From assembly GCA_046563655.1 (NCBI GenBank), contig CM102286.1:7192001-7256000 (forward strand): a stretch of 64,000 bases of DNA, given 5' to 3'. Below are positions 28,600-41,017 of the stretch, in pieces (the stretch's first letter is position 1; the number at the start of each line of letters is the position of its first letter). The stretch is from Yuukianura sp. NJ FZ-2021. Taxonomy: Eukaryota. The position numbers were made by a program, and so were the translations under genes. The notes below the pieces were generated by a model. It saw only the letters and a list, made by a program, of their open reading frames with translations, searched no databases and had not been told where the DNA came from.

Positions 28600-30759
28600 A
28601 TGAAATCGCGAGGTAGCAAGACTATGAAAGAAAAATGTGACACTGGTCGAATTACTGGGAGAATGCACAGTTTCAATGCATCTCCGACTCATACAATCGG
28701 AGGTCCGGTTGACACCATTACATTGGGTTCTCAGCCTATCCTAACACATGAAACGCAGTACCCTGATCAGGCACAGTTCGAAGCCGACAAGAGATCGGTC
28801 TATAAGTAAGTTCATGCTCTGTGAAATTGAAATTTTGAAATCTCCCGATGATTTTACCAAATTATTGGTTCTTGATGACTCCTGAGAGCTACCTAAAGCT
28901 AATCTTCTCTATGAGGCTTAAAAAACCACTCAATCATATGCGAAAAATGCGTATACATAAATTGTTTAATATTTTTGTGTTTTTGTTTCCAGGCACCCTC
29001 TATTCCCTCTTCTAGCACTTCTTTTTGAGAAGTGCGAAATGGCCACCCAAACAGCCGCTGACTCTCCGATCTCCGATAGTTTTCACCAGGATCTCGAGGT
29101 ATGATGACGACAGGCTACACAATTGCTACTAATTTTCAATTTGTCGCTAATTGAGCATTTTTGCAATATTAGGCATTTGTCCAGCACCAGGAGCGGGACA
29201 AAAAGCCATTTCTTGTCAACGACCCTGAAATTGATGGACTGGTAACAAAATTATTCTTCACACATAACATGATGCTATCGCCAAGAGCCGTCCATTGATT
29301 TGTGGTTTGTATCTTTGACAGATGATCAAAGCTATTCAAGTGTTACGAATACATTTACTGGAGCTGGACAAAGTACAAGAACTGTGCAAGGACTTTTGCA
29401 ACCGATACATTACCTGTTTGAAGGGGAAGATGCAGAGTGAGAACCTCCTTCGGTCTGACTACTACGAAAATGGAATTGGAAACAACGGCGGAATCCACCT
29501 CAGTTCACAAAGTAACAGTCCAAATAATTCCTACTCGTCAAATGGGGATGCCTCTGTTTCACCTCCAAATGGAGTATTCCATGTCCAACATTTGAGCACT
29601 GTACAGAATTACCCTCTGCATAACACTCCACCATGTTCGACATTGAGTCATACCAGCAATAGCTTGCCTCCAGTATCAATGCCACTCTCCATAGGTCAAC
29701 CATCATCTCCGGAAGATCACTCCAACAGCACCAACCACCATCATCACAATTCTTCTTCTGCATCCCCTGGCTCAGGCACGACACTCATCCACGGCGGAAC
29801 ACCTCTCTCTCAAATTGGTGCCAACCTCTGCCCTCCTGTTTCCCAAGACACATTTGTGCAAAGTATGTAAATTCAAGAATTATAAGTTAAGCCTACGTTG
29901 AACTATTGAAGTTTTATTTATGAAAAATGTTTGTATTATTCCAGCCCCGCAGAGTCCTAGCTCTGGGGACGAAGATGACGATTACTTGGGAAGGAAGAAG
30001 CCAAAGAGAGGAGTACTTCCGAAACACGCCACGTCTATTATGAGGTCGTGGCTATTCCAGCATATTGTGGTGAGCAATTTCCCTATAAAATTTTGTAATA
30101 AGCTAGCACTGATATTCGAATGATTATCTACACCATGGTCCTTGATTTCCTGAAAGAACCAAAAGCTAATCTTCTCTATGACAAGTTGTAGTATTTGGAG
30201 AGGTCAAGACTTTGTGCAGAAGTAAGCAACGTTTTAGTAAATCTTTCTATATAATTTTGTGAGCAGCATCCTTACCCAACGGAAGACGAAAAGAGACAAA
30301 TCGCTGCTCAGACGAATCTTACTCTCCTACAAGTTAATAACTGGTTTATCAACGCTAGAAGACGAATACTCCAACCTATGCTTGATGCTTCAAATCCTGA
30401 AGCTTCGACTACACCCAAGGTATATCCCATGTCACGATAGTTCGAAGCGTAACTTGCATTATAAACTAGATTCTCTGAATATATAGGTGAAGAAAATTAA
30501 GACGCATAACTCAAAGCCAGCCCTGAAGTACTGGTCAGACAATTTAGCTTCTGTGGGTTCTGGACAAGTAGATGACGATGCCGATGACTCAAACGGCTTA
30601 GGCCAAGGTAAAACGTAATCACGAAAAACTTGAAATAATCGGCGAATCTCTAATAATCGGTAATGTCACTTCTTAGATGATTCCAGCGATGAGCTGGACG
30701 AGAGCAGTAATGACGGAAATGATCTCCTCATTGACAATAGCGACTCGTCTCAACACTGA
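28600..30759 (+). CDS. PKNOX: PKNOX/Prep TALE-class homeobox protein, 8 coding exons
   Basis: MEINOX motifs [24 protein letters not shown] and [44 protein letters not shown]. Homeodomain [60 protein letters not shown] is PKNOX-type rather than Meis/hth. Start codon 28600 or 28624 is uncertain. Confidence 0.95.
28844..28918 (+). ncRNA. Intronic box C/D snoRNA, U6-A47 2'-O-methylation guide (mgU6-47/SNORD7/Z30-like), copy 1
   Basis: Variant C box ATGATTT (28848); guide GCTAATCTTCTCT (28898-28910) complementary to U6 AGAGAAGAUUAGC; variant D box ATGA (28911-28914), ~78 nt upstream of the 3' splice site. Confidence 0.8.
30116..30185 (+). ncRNA. Intronic box C/D snoRNA, U6-A47 guide, copy 2
   Basis: C box ATGATTA (30120); internal stem TGGTCCTT/AAGAACCA; same guide GCTAATCTTCTCT (30165-30177); D box ATGA (30178-30181), ~85 nt upstream of the 3' splice site. 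Confidence 0.8.
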
Positions 30760-31347
30760 GTCTCGCAGTTTCAATGGTTTCCCACCTTCCTTCAACTCTG
30801 CTGTTTCCTGATCTTCCATTCCAGAAGAATTTTAATGAAAGACATTGGAGTATTCGGTCTAAAGCTACTGGAATTTTACTCGTTCCTTCACAATTTTATC
30901 TTTAAATTATTCTCGGGTTCGTTTCTTCGAACACCTTGCTTTTCTCATTCTCATTACGAATTGCTCAAATTACTGAAATATTTTAAGTGTAGAAAAACTA
31001 GGATCTCCATTTGATATTAAGTTGAAATTGTCACGAGACATTGTTTATGAGAAGTATGGTTCCTTGTCACATTGACTCATTGTCATTCCACTTTCCACGC
31101 ATCAAGTTGTTTATGTTAAAGTTTAGAACAGCATTTTTCGAAAAAATTAAAATTTAGTACTTTAGTTAGCTTGTTTGCTGATGGATTTAGCCTTTTTCTT
31201 GTGTCATTAAAAACGTAAAATAAGTTCCGTTTTGGAACCCAGTAAGCTGGCCTGAATAAATCAAAGAAAAAAATTTGAAGGCCGCCGAGATGAGTGAACT
31301 TGTGCTAAGTTAAAGGTCGATGGAGAATCGATTAGGGAAGTAACAGG

Positions 31348-31501
31348 GAGAGATTTAGCCGAAAATGAATCTGCTATGAATAATGGTACAAATCAAGGAA
31401 AACGCAAGAAACCGAAACTGAAGAGACGGAAGCTGGAGGATGAAGGAGAGTCGGACAATGAAGATGAAAAATTAAAATCTGTGGCTGTTTCAGCCGATTG
31501 G
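31348..31501 (+). pseudogene. Isolated coding-like exon fragment (basic then acidic, ending KLKSVAVSADW)
   Basis: Reads ENESAMNNGTNQGKRKKPKLKRRKLEDEGESDNEDEKLKSVAVSADW up to a GTAACT donor; in-frame stops just upstream; no other exons found. Confidence 0.3.
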
Positions 31502-32225
31502 GTAACTACTAACCAGTTTTAAGTAAAATAAAAATCGTTTTTATTTAAAAGCTACAAATCACACATTAACTTACCACTAGTAGTTAAAATTTGGAACACA
31601 TCAAGGGCGAATTGTCACACAGTGCTTGCAGATTTGTTTGGAAGAGGAGCGATAAGTTAAGGTTCAACTCCGTACCAGGGTTGATCCGAGTCACACCTCT
31701 CCGATTGTTTCTATTCTACAACTACTTACCTAATTAGTCTAACTTAATTACTTAAGTGACTAGACTGTCTTTGGCAAAGCCGCCTGGGGTTGTCAGTCTG
31801 AGATCAAAGCGAGTAGGAATCTTCGTTAATTAAGCAAAGTCCGGTAAAAGGCGATCAGCGTCACTGACAGTCATCAAGGCAATAGATGAGACTTTTGGTC
31901 TTCTGACGACAAAGATCTCGAAAGCACATCCGAAATCCGCTATTCGTTGATCTCTGACTTCTCATTCTGTTCAAACAAGGTTTACATTATTAATCAACAT
32001 AAGACGTATTTGCTACTAAAAACGTTTATACAGAAGCAAAAAACGTTCGCAAAAATACCGATGTTTTGATTATTTTGGCCAGTTGGTTTAATCCCTTCCT
32101 CATGCCGGATGCTGCCACTTTCAGTTTGAAATTTTGACTTGTGAGTTCTGCTATTCGTTGTTGCGACGTTTGGAGTTGAGCGTCCTTGAGTTCAGTACAA
32201 TGTCTCAGCTCCGTTAGCTCCAGTT

Positions 32226-32293
32226 AGGCGATAGGTCGATTTGAAGGTTTAACCTAACCTAACCTAACTAACTTTCAAATTGGCCTATCGCCT
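32226..32293. repeat. Small hairpin element with central (CCTAA)4
   Basis: AGGCGATAGGTCGATTTGAAGG ... CTTTCAAATTGGCCTATCGCCT flanking AACCTAACCTAACCTAACCTAA. Confidence 0.7.
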
Positions 32294-32764
32294 CAACCGA
32301 AGGTCACAGGGTCATATGTCACAGGACAAAAAATGATCCCCTCATCAAGCCCAACAACTTTCCCAGAGGTCATTTTTTGGGTTGTCACAGGTCATGTCAC
32401 TCGAAAAAAATTTCTACGTAAAACGGACTAGATCGCTTTACTATAACCTGTTCTCTCTCACTGTCTATCGAACATATCCGTTCTGCTTCCGAATCGCGGA
32501 TGCTGATGCTTGTCAATGACAAATCCTTGATACTGTTTGACGGGGAGTCGGATCGGGGACTATCTTGATGATTGTCGGCTGACGGTGGACCATTTACTTG
32601 ACAATCTTTTGGCTTTTTCCTACTACGGGTCGATTTATCTAAAGCACAAATAAAATTTTGATTAGCGAGATTCCCATAATAACTGAAATCTTTTCGACTT
32701 CTCCTGTACTACGACCAACAATGACTTCCATATGATCCGGAGAATACTGGTACAAAACTGTAAT

Positions 32765-33338
32765 TTTTTTTTTTTCGTTTTTTTCACTTTTTATCATGTT
32801 TCAAACGTTTTTGGCACGTTTGGAGCAAAAAAAAAATTTTGACCCCAAGGGTCCCCCCTTCCCATTTTTTTTTGAGAATCTGGACTCGAAAATTTTTTAA
32901 GTACAAAAACTGAAGTGGGCACCCCTGACAACCTCAAAAATGACCCTTATAAAAGTTGTTTAGAATCATCAGTGGAGTATTTTTTGTCCTATGGACTATG
33001 ACCCTATGACCACTCCCTGAGGTCAGAGGTTAACTCGAAAATTTCCCCAAATTTTTTTTGGATTGACCTCTGACCTCAGGGAGGGGTCGCAGGGTCATAG
33101 CCCACAGGACATAAAATACTCCCCTTAGGATTATGGACAACTTTCGTAGGGGTCATTTTTCAGAAAATTTTTGAGTCCAGATTCTCAAAAAAATGGAAAG
33201 AGGGGACCCTTGGGGTCAAAAAAATTTTTTTGCTCCAAACGTTCCAAAAACGTTTGAAAAGTGATAAAAAGTGCAAAAAACGAAACAAAAATTTTTCCAA
33301 AATTTTGACCAAAAAACAGAAAAAAGTTTCATAGCCCC
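32765..33338. mobile_element. Foldback-type palindromic element (arms ~270 bp); partial related copy at ~32300-32410
   Basis: TTTGGAGCAAAA..TTTTGACCCCAAGGGTCCCC..GAGAATCTGGACTC..TCCCTGAGGTCAGAGGT is mirrored by ACCTCTGACCTCAGGGA..GAGTCCAGATTCTC..GGGGACCCTTGGGGTCAAAA..TTTTGCTCCAAA; centre ~33045. Confidence 0.85.
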
Positions 33339-33835
33339 AGAAACGACAATCTAACCCAGTTTTGGTGCTCGGTGGACCGCAAGTATTGGCGCAAACCCTC
33401 GACCGACGTCAAAGATGAAGATGAATTTTTTTTACAAATTGCAGCTGATCAAAACGTCAATGAGGAATCAGTCAACTAATCCTAAGAACTGTCAGATTTG
33501 TCAGAACTAAATTGAAAAATAGGCGTGGATGTGAAGTTGATTTATGTAAACTAGAAAGCCTAAAATCCAACCAATTGGGATTCATGATGAATTTTACCGC
33601 TGCGATATTTAAAATGACCATATTGGTTATATTTGAAACCTAATTAACATTGTTAACTCCAAGTTATTTTAGTGTCTTCCGAGAACTAGCAACCGAAAGT
33701 GACGTTGAATGTTGAATCCGCATAGTTCGTGGTTCTCCTCTTGACATTCCTGTTGCATTCCATTCCAATTTCCAGGCTGCTACATCAAATTAAGAAAAAT
33801 TTCGTGATCCCAGTCGTTTGTCTTGCACTGTCAAC

Positions 33836-36280
33836 ATGGATTCCATTCCAAACGAAGTAAGATCAATTTGGTTCCTAGTTTTAAAAACTATTGAAACCTT
33901 CGACCTTGAAACATATTAAAGTGTCCAGGTTGAAGAGAATAAATATGCCAATATGCCAATATGAGATAGTTCGGCATATCTCTTGCTTTGCATTTGAATA
34001 ACGTTATTTTAAACATCCAAAACGTATTTTTATAAAAACAAGAATCTCCGCTCCGCTCAAACAAGATTTCGACATACAAAAAAGTTAAAATTAGATACGT
34101 TCTTGTTGAGTTCACATGCTTAACAATGTTTATCTTAACAATCTTATTGTGTTTCAGATTGTGCTTCAAATCATCGGTTGTTTGAGGAAGCAAGAAATTC
34201 TTAAGTTGCGCCTGGTCAATCAACGCTTCAACCAACTAGCAACGAGAAGTGTACTACCAAAGTTGTTGCCAGCGAAGTTTATAAAAGACTCTGACATCGT
34301 CAAGTTTATTTCGGTGTTTAAACACAACAAAACGGTCGTTCCGTTCGAAAAGTTTGTATTTTCGCAACATCTCTCCGCATATGGGGAGCCACTGGAGGAG
34401 TTTTGTGGCCAGTTTGGAAGGATTGTGAAATGCTGGCGAATTTGGAGTTGGCCTCTTGATCAAACGCTAAAACAGAATTCCCTGTTCAACAACATCCAAA
34501 TCTTATTGGAAAAATGCGAAAATGTAGAAAAAATCCATTACCAAATTGGGGAAGAGGAAACTGTGCCAACTGTGGAAGAGGAAATGGCGAGTGTTCTTGA
34601 AATGCCTATACTCAGAAAGTTAAAAACAATCAAGATCAAAGTCGGTGAATCTATGAACAAAGTCGACTTCATTCGTCTTCTGGTTCTTTTGAAAAAAGCT
34701 CCAAATCTTAAGAACGTTTCAATCAAAAGTATTGGAGATTACACCGCTACATCATCATACCATGCTCTTGCGCCAAATATCCTAAACCATCTCTACAGAA
34801 TCAATGGAACCGTCCACATTCAAAAGTTGGATCTACATGTTCAGTTTCCAGCGGTGAACTTCAGTGACCTCGAAAACTTGGTTGCAGTTTCAACAAAATT
34901 CAAAATTCTTAACTTGAATTTAACCTTAATGCCACGGGATCCCAGTTCTGGAAGTGTACCTCAAACACTAGAATTTATTTCAAAATGGATTCCAAAACTG
35001 ACGTTTTTGCGCAGACTAAGTGTAGAATGTCTCCACTTCTGGGCAGACAACGATGGTCATTTCCACTACTTTGGTCCAATTGAACTACCACTCCGTTCCC
35101 TCTCCAATGTTCAATGTCTGGAGCTTTATTCCCCACATGAACCTGTCGCTTTACGTCAAACGGTGCATTTTCCAACTCTCACTTCACTCGACTGCATATA
35201 TCATGGAACGACGGATAAGTTCATCTTTGCTGGATGTGTATTTCCAAATGTGAAATACGCAAATATCTACTTGAAAACGGACCAAGAGCGGCAGCATTGG
35301 CCATCCGTACTGCCCAACGTCACTCAATTATGCGTTGCTTCTAAAACATTGAAAGGGATTTTTCAGTTTCCAAAGGTTCAGACACTGCATATTTATGTCG
35401 ATTCTGTAGCAAATGAACCTGATGATGTTCGTGAACTTCAATTAAAACACTGGAACCACCTAACGAACGGAGCCGAATACATTTCCAATAGCGTCATTGC
35501 CAATTCTCTGCCAGTAACCGAGAAAACCTCCGAGTCGATTGATTCGTTTCGGAATTTGCCACGTAAGTCATCAATTTTTATAATACATCTTTTAATCTTC
35601 TAATTTTTTGATGTATAAATTTAATAAGTTTAGATAAAGGCGGGTTCACACCGGACAATTGGATGTTTTTTTCCATTCACTAGACGTCAATGCCGTGTTG
35701 AGAGGTTGGATCACCGATCCAGACCAGAAGTTCAATCATCATCAGTTGAACTTTTGGTCTGGATCGAAATCCAGCCATGGAAAAAATTTCCAACGCCTTG
35801 CTTTCTCTAAAATATGGTGTGAACGAGACAAAATCTATGGATGCAAAATCCATACAGTGGTCCGGTGTGAACCCGCCTTAAGAGTTCAAGCTAAACACAA
35901 AATGATCGTTCATGTATCGGTGAATGTATTAACAAATGTTGCTTGTTTTTACCAGAACTGACACATTTGAAGTTCTTTTCGCTCGACCAGATTGAGTGCT
36001 GGAAGGGCGTTATTTACGCCAGCCAAACTGGGCAACTACGACGCCTTCGGAAACTTGTCTTCCGTCATGCTGATTTTAATGAGGTGAGTGTTGAATTACT
36101 TTCAAAACATAATCCTAGTATTTCAAAATTTTAAAAAAGAGAATATGTAAATGAAGATAAAATTTCAAATTTCAGAAGGACGATTACCTGGAAGTACTGA
36201 TGAAGTACCACGATTCAGTGATTACTACCGCACAACATGCTATACCACCGTTCCCCTGGAATGAATTGTTTCTAGATTAA
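33836..36280 (+). CDS. F-box protein with LRR-like C-terminal region, 4 exons
   Basis: MDSIPNE|IVLQIIGCLRKQEILKLRLVNQRFNQLA (F-box). Long exon 34158-35562 with degenerate LxxLxL repeats; exons ~35956-36083 and 36176-36280 continue in frame. Confidence 0.8.
35638..35878. mobile_element. Tourist/PIF-Harbinger-like MITE in F-box gene intron
   Basis: Perfect 19-bp TIR AGGCGGGTTCACACCGGAC / GTCCGGTGTGAACCCGCCT flanked by TAA on both sides. Confidence 0.85.
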
Positions 36281-36564
36281 ACAAACGCATCTATCCAAAC
36301 TTATTTCCTCTTGATACGGCAATTTAAATAGGTAAAAAGTTTAATTAACAGAAATGCAGCAGTTTACACCAATTTGAGGGTGATGTCCGCCCCTTTTTTA
36401 AGATATAGTTTGGAATAGTCCATGTCATTGTCAAATGTCGAAATGTATTTCATGATACCCTGGTAACATGTAGTGATATACCCTAAATTTAAATTAATAC
36501 ACAATAAAAACAGCATTTGAAAAACTAACCTTTTGGTCTCCCATTCCCCAGATCGGAGAACGCT

Positions 36565-36725
36565 ATTACATCGAAAAAAATAAGACATCGACCAAAAAGA
36601 CATCGACAATACAAACACATCGACACAAAAGACATCGACAGAAATTTTATTTTTTATACCCGGAAATTATACGGCTTATGTCTTTTGTGTCGATGTCTTT
36701 TTATCGATGTTAATGGCATGGACCC
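36565..36725. repeat. Inverted array of GACATCGACAMAA subunits (small foldback-like element)
   Basis: About 5 direct copies of ACATCGA(C) at 36569-36640, followed by inverted copies TGTCTTTTGTGTCGATGTCTTTTTATCGATGT at ~36679-36710. Confidence 0.7.
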
Positions 36726-37343
36726 ATAAGTTTCATCTTTGTCTAAAAAGAGATCGAGAATAATTGTTCTGGAATAGAGTGAGCTGACCTGAACCAACCG
36801 AATACAAAAAAAAAATCGATTTGTCATTTTTTAATTACTAGGATTGATCTTGAATCTAAATTCCACACGGCTTGTACAAAAGCGAATTAATGGAAAAGTT
36901 AATTTAAGTAATTAGTAATAAAATATAAATTATTGGTTGACCATCAAAATCATTAACAGAATGAGCGTAAATTATTTTGTGCATTATGTTACGATCAGGA
37001 GAGCTTTCATGTAGGAAGTGATTAGGTTGTCGGGTTTAAGCGCTGTTCGGTGGGTGGATTGGGTTGCGACGGTCTTTTTGTAAGATTTTTTGGCAAACAA
37101 AATCATCATGGTCATGGTGTCCTCAACTTCGGAACTCTCTAATACAATACGAAGGTAATTGAAATATTTTACTAATTCAGAGATTGGACAACAGAATCAA
37201 CGGAAATGCAATTACCTACCTCATGCTTTTAAGGTCGAATGATTTGCTCCCTGCTGAATTGAGTGGGAGATGAACTTGAGTTGTCAGAAGTTGAAGGACT
37301 CTTAAGGTAGATTGACCATTGGGATTTCGTTTGCCAACGATTC

Positions 37344-40300
37344 CTAGCAAACCCGGTTCGCTACCCTACATACAAATCAAATAATCCAATGAATAACTTT
37401 CTGCTTCAAATTCAGAACTTAGGCTGTATGATTAGGCAACTAGAAAATCTCTAAAATTTTGACCATTTCGCTCAAAATTCTAAATCTTTGGTAAAATTAG
37501 GATCGGAAAATATAAAAACCAGTTGTATGTCTTAAAACATGCGCAATTTATTACTACAGTAATAAGTACCTCTCTGTATCTATTACAATAAATTTGAAGG
37601 AACAGGAGTATAGCCAACATACCTGGTTTGGAAGATAGTGTCTGCATTGTTGTTTATCCAACTAAACAGGACTATGCTCAACAGGAAAACTATTATACCG
37701 GATACAAGTGTCAGGAGTTCCTGAGTCGGTGATACTTTGAGGAAAATCCGAACTCGAAGGTCTGACCAAACGGACTCCGACCATGTTGAGAATCGCCCGC
37801 TCTTCCAATCGTAGTTGTCAACATCATCGAATGCCGGACTAACTGCCGGAGTGACTGTTGCCGTGGTTTGATAGCAGCTCCCGTTGATCCAGATGTACTC
37901 GTATATCTAAAGATGGAAAAAGAAAAAGTTGTAAGGTGGAGTAAAAAAAATGGCTAAGATATTTTTTGACAGAAATCGTCTAAACATTTTCAAAGGTCAA
38001 AACACTTCCACAATCGATGGGTTACCTTCGAATCCTGTTCTCCTCTGTGGCAGTTTTCCTTTGCCCTACTGCTAAGATTTCCTTGGTGATATCCCATGAT
38101 ATGATGAGTGATGGTGGTCAACGCGTTTATGCGTCTATTGACACTAACGTAGAAAGACTTCGGTAACTTGCTCAGTTCATTTGCATCATCATTCGTCACT
38201 GTTTGAAAGAGCTGGCATCCAGGGTTCTTCACATAACATTCCAAAATATCATTGACCTACAGGATACAACGAAATTAGCAATCGTCACTCCATGCTTAAG
38301 TATAAAAGTTAATATTTTCGTTACCAATGCCGGATTCGCAGTGTTGTTAAAAAATGGAGGTCTGCTTCCCACAATCAACTCCTCAATCGAATTTGCTACG
38401 GTCGCAACTAATTCAGCAATTCCATTGACTGTTAAACTTGTGACATCCGAGTAATGAATATTGTGTAGGTCATCCAGAATACTGTTGTAGTGCCTGGAAT
38501 GAACAAGAACATGATCTGCTTTGTGACGGAAACGATATTGGGTTACTGTTGCGACTAGCGGGAAAAGTCAATTTTAAAAGTAAATCTTGTCTTACTTGTT
38601 TTTGAATTCTTTATGGTGATTCGTAAACACAATCCCAGGAAAGTCAGGATTCTGAGCAAGGAATGACTGTAATGATGAAGGTGGCACTCCCATTCCGGTG
38701 TCGTTTGCAACGACGATTTTTGTGGATTGCCGAAGCTTACTAAACTTATTATACAAGTTTTGAAAGTCTTCATCGAACGCGGAAGAATTCCAGTTACGGT
38801 GGATGTAGTAAGAATCACGCGGCGAAGACAGTGAAAGTTGATTAAACTCGATGTAGTACAAGACGTCCTCCAAATGAAGCGATGCTGGGAAATTGCTCGA
38901 CTTGTCTGAACACAAAAGAGTACCATCCTCAAAGCGCTGCTACATATTGAATCTATCAGAATTAAGGTGTTATAAAAGTTGAACTTCACCTGGATCAACT
39001 TTATAAGGAAAGTTGTCATTTGCCATGTCGTATACGATACGGCTGGAGCCAATGTAGTCAAAAGCTTCGCCATTAAATAAGATGAAGTACACATTTGAAA
39101 TCTGCGCCAAAATGTTAGATGTTACATTAAACTTCAAACCGAACACCAGTAAAAGTAAAATATTTTAGTAACATCCCAATGCTATATATCTTACGTTGGC
39201 ACTGGTCTGAAGATGGTCCTTCAGTGGCGCAAGTTGTTTCGCTAAAGCAAGTACAGCAGTTATTCCTGTGGCGGCGGTGTCTGCCCCGGGTGAAATTTGG
39301 TCGAACATTGACGAAGCGTCGAGTCTTGCAGCGATTATCACGACCGACCTAAGCCGCATTTGAAATAATACATAGTAGAATCTTGTGAATGTCAATAACT
39401 CAACTCAATCGATACTCGATGTTCGATCAACGATGAGCTACAAATTCTTACCTTTTCTTATAAGGTTGGGCTTGACTACGGGGCACAAGCGTTGACCATA
39501 CATTTGCATCTCCCAATGGGTCACATACAATATCTAAACAACAATTAAACAATAACTTTTCACTTTCGCAATTTCAACTGCTGGTAGCTGGGTATTTATA
39601 TCCATAAAAGTGACTACTCACTTGGACTGACACTAACTTCGCTTAATTTGTTCCGACGGATACAAGTAGGAGTATCAACGGCCCCGCTCATGAAACTTAA
39701 CAATTCAGCAGCGCACAACGGCCAGTCCCTTGGCGTACCATCCGCATGTGGTTGATTGTATTTACGGTAGCACTATAATAGTTCCAAACATTGCATACCA
39801 TGGTGAATTTTAATTAAGACAACTAAGAGAGTCGTTGATTGGTGTTGCAAATGAATGACTCACATCCAGCAAATAATCTTTTGCTGTATCGGAGGTTGCG
39901 TAGAATATTGGAAAGTTCCAATCACGGAACAAAATCTCGTTCCCGGGGCTATTCCATTTTGGACAAAAGTTGGCATAACTCGCATTGGTGTAGAACCCTG
40001 CAGAGCATAATAACAAAACAAATCATCCTTCAGAAAATGATGATGTTCGTATTGTAATTAAACTGATCCTACCATATCCTCGATTGGGACATTGCTTGTC
40101 CGGTGTGTATTCAACAATGTCCTCTTCTGAGCTTTCATTTCTCGCTAGCAAAACTACACCGCTAACACGTCCCAATGAATTCTGGAATTCTTCCAATACC
40201 TCTGGGTTAAACCACTTCATATGCAGCAATGCGATATATGGAGAGTGCGGGCCCGTTTTAACAATCCAGTCTACATCGGATTCTTTTTCTATCAAGTGAA

Positions 40301-40691
40301 GAACGCCAACACTCCCACCTTGCTTCGCTGAAAATTAAACAGAACAAAAAAATGAAATCGTAGCCAACAGTGGTTGATGACAGGTGACTGAGGATTACTA
40401 TTTTTTTAAGTTAAGTAGGAGGTGAGAATTTGTTAAATTAAACAAAAGTGAGATAAAATATAACTCACAGCTGCATCCGAACTGATGAGTACCGTTCATT
40501 CGACGGAAGCAGGCGTAACTATCTGTAATCTTCTCATAGATTCGTTGGCTAACAACAGTCTCTCGGTCATTCGCAGCGCCGGAGCATTGCAGCAGTGTCA
40601 AAACTAGGATAGTCGCTCGAATTATTTTCTTCGGTATGGTGCTGATGCTTTCACCATCGCCATGCACACCAAAAATTAGTCCTCCAGACAT
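37344..40691 (-). CDS. NCSTN: Nicastrin (gamma-secretase subunit), multi-exon
   Basis: CFRRMNGTHQFGC, WNSPGNEILFRDWNFPIF, AARLDASSMFDQISPGA, LFNGEAFDYIGSSRIVYDM (DYIGS motif), PPSSLQSFL, STWSESVW then a TM segment. The last exon (37344-37365, RVANRVC*) is inferred. Confidence 0.95.
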
Positions 40692-41017
40692 TCTCCCCTC
40701 TTGACTGCTCGACAGTCCGTTAGCAGATTTCCGGAACAGACAGGAGTCGAGTCTGTAGAGCCGAAGTCTCAACTATAAAAATCTTTAACGTCAAGTCAAC
40801 GTGAGTAGACGATGTATTTAACGTCGGATCGGAGGGTGGAGATGGGACACGCTTTCCTAAAAAAAAATCAAAGAAATAAACGTTCATCAGAATTGATTTT
40901 TAAAATAGTAAACACAAAATAAAACAATGAAATGATATCTGCTGCATCATGCACCTGCCGTGGACGCGGTGCACGCAGCAGTATAAAATTTATTTGTGTA
41001 AATCTGAAAGTATTTAA

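Larger units (their letters stand above)
31880..33460 (-). pseudogene. Decayed multi-exon gene of unknown family interrupted by repeats
   Basis: Open, AG/GT-bounded exons ~32449-32638 (KSTRSRKK...EREQ) and ~32059-32184 (DAQLQTSQQRIAELTSQNFKLK..., coiled-coil-like). The next exon has an early TAG, and the upstream coding-like part is split by the foldback element. Confidence 0.4.

Noticed and set aside
29101..29107. Perfect C box ATGATGA in PKNOX intron 2
   Set aside because: It overlaps the donor of a 74-nt intron with no D box; too small to host a snoRNA.
2883..30759. Bsh and PKNOX as a homeobox cluster
   Set aside because: Different classes (ANTP vs TALE), separated by unrelated genes; no evidence for functional linkage from this window alone.
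36569..36640. Short regularly spaced repeats suggestive of a CRISPR-like array
   Set aside because: Eukaryotic context, ~14-bp period with no unique spacers; part of an inverted repeat element.
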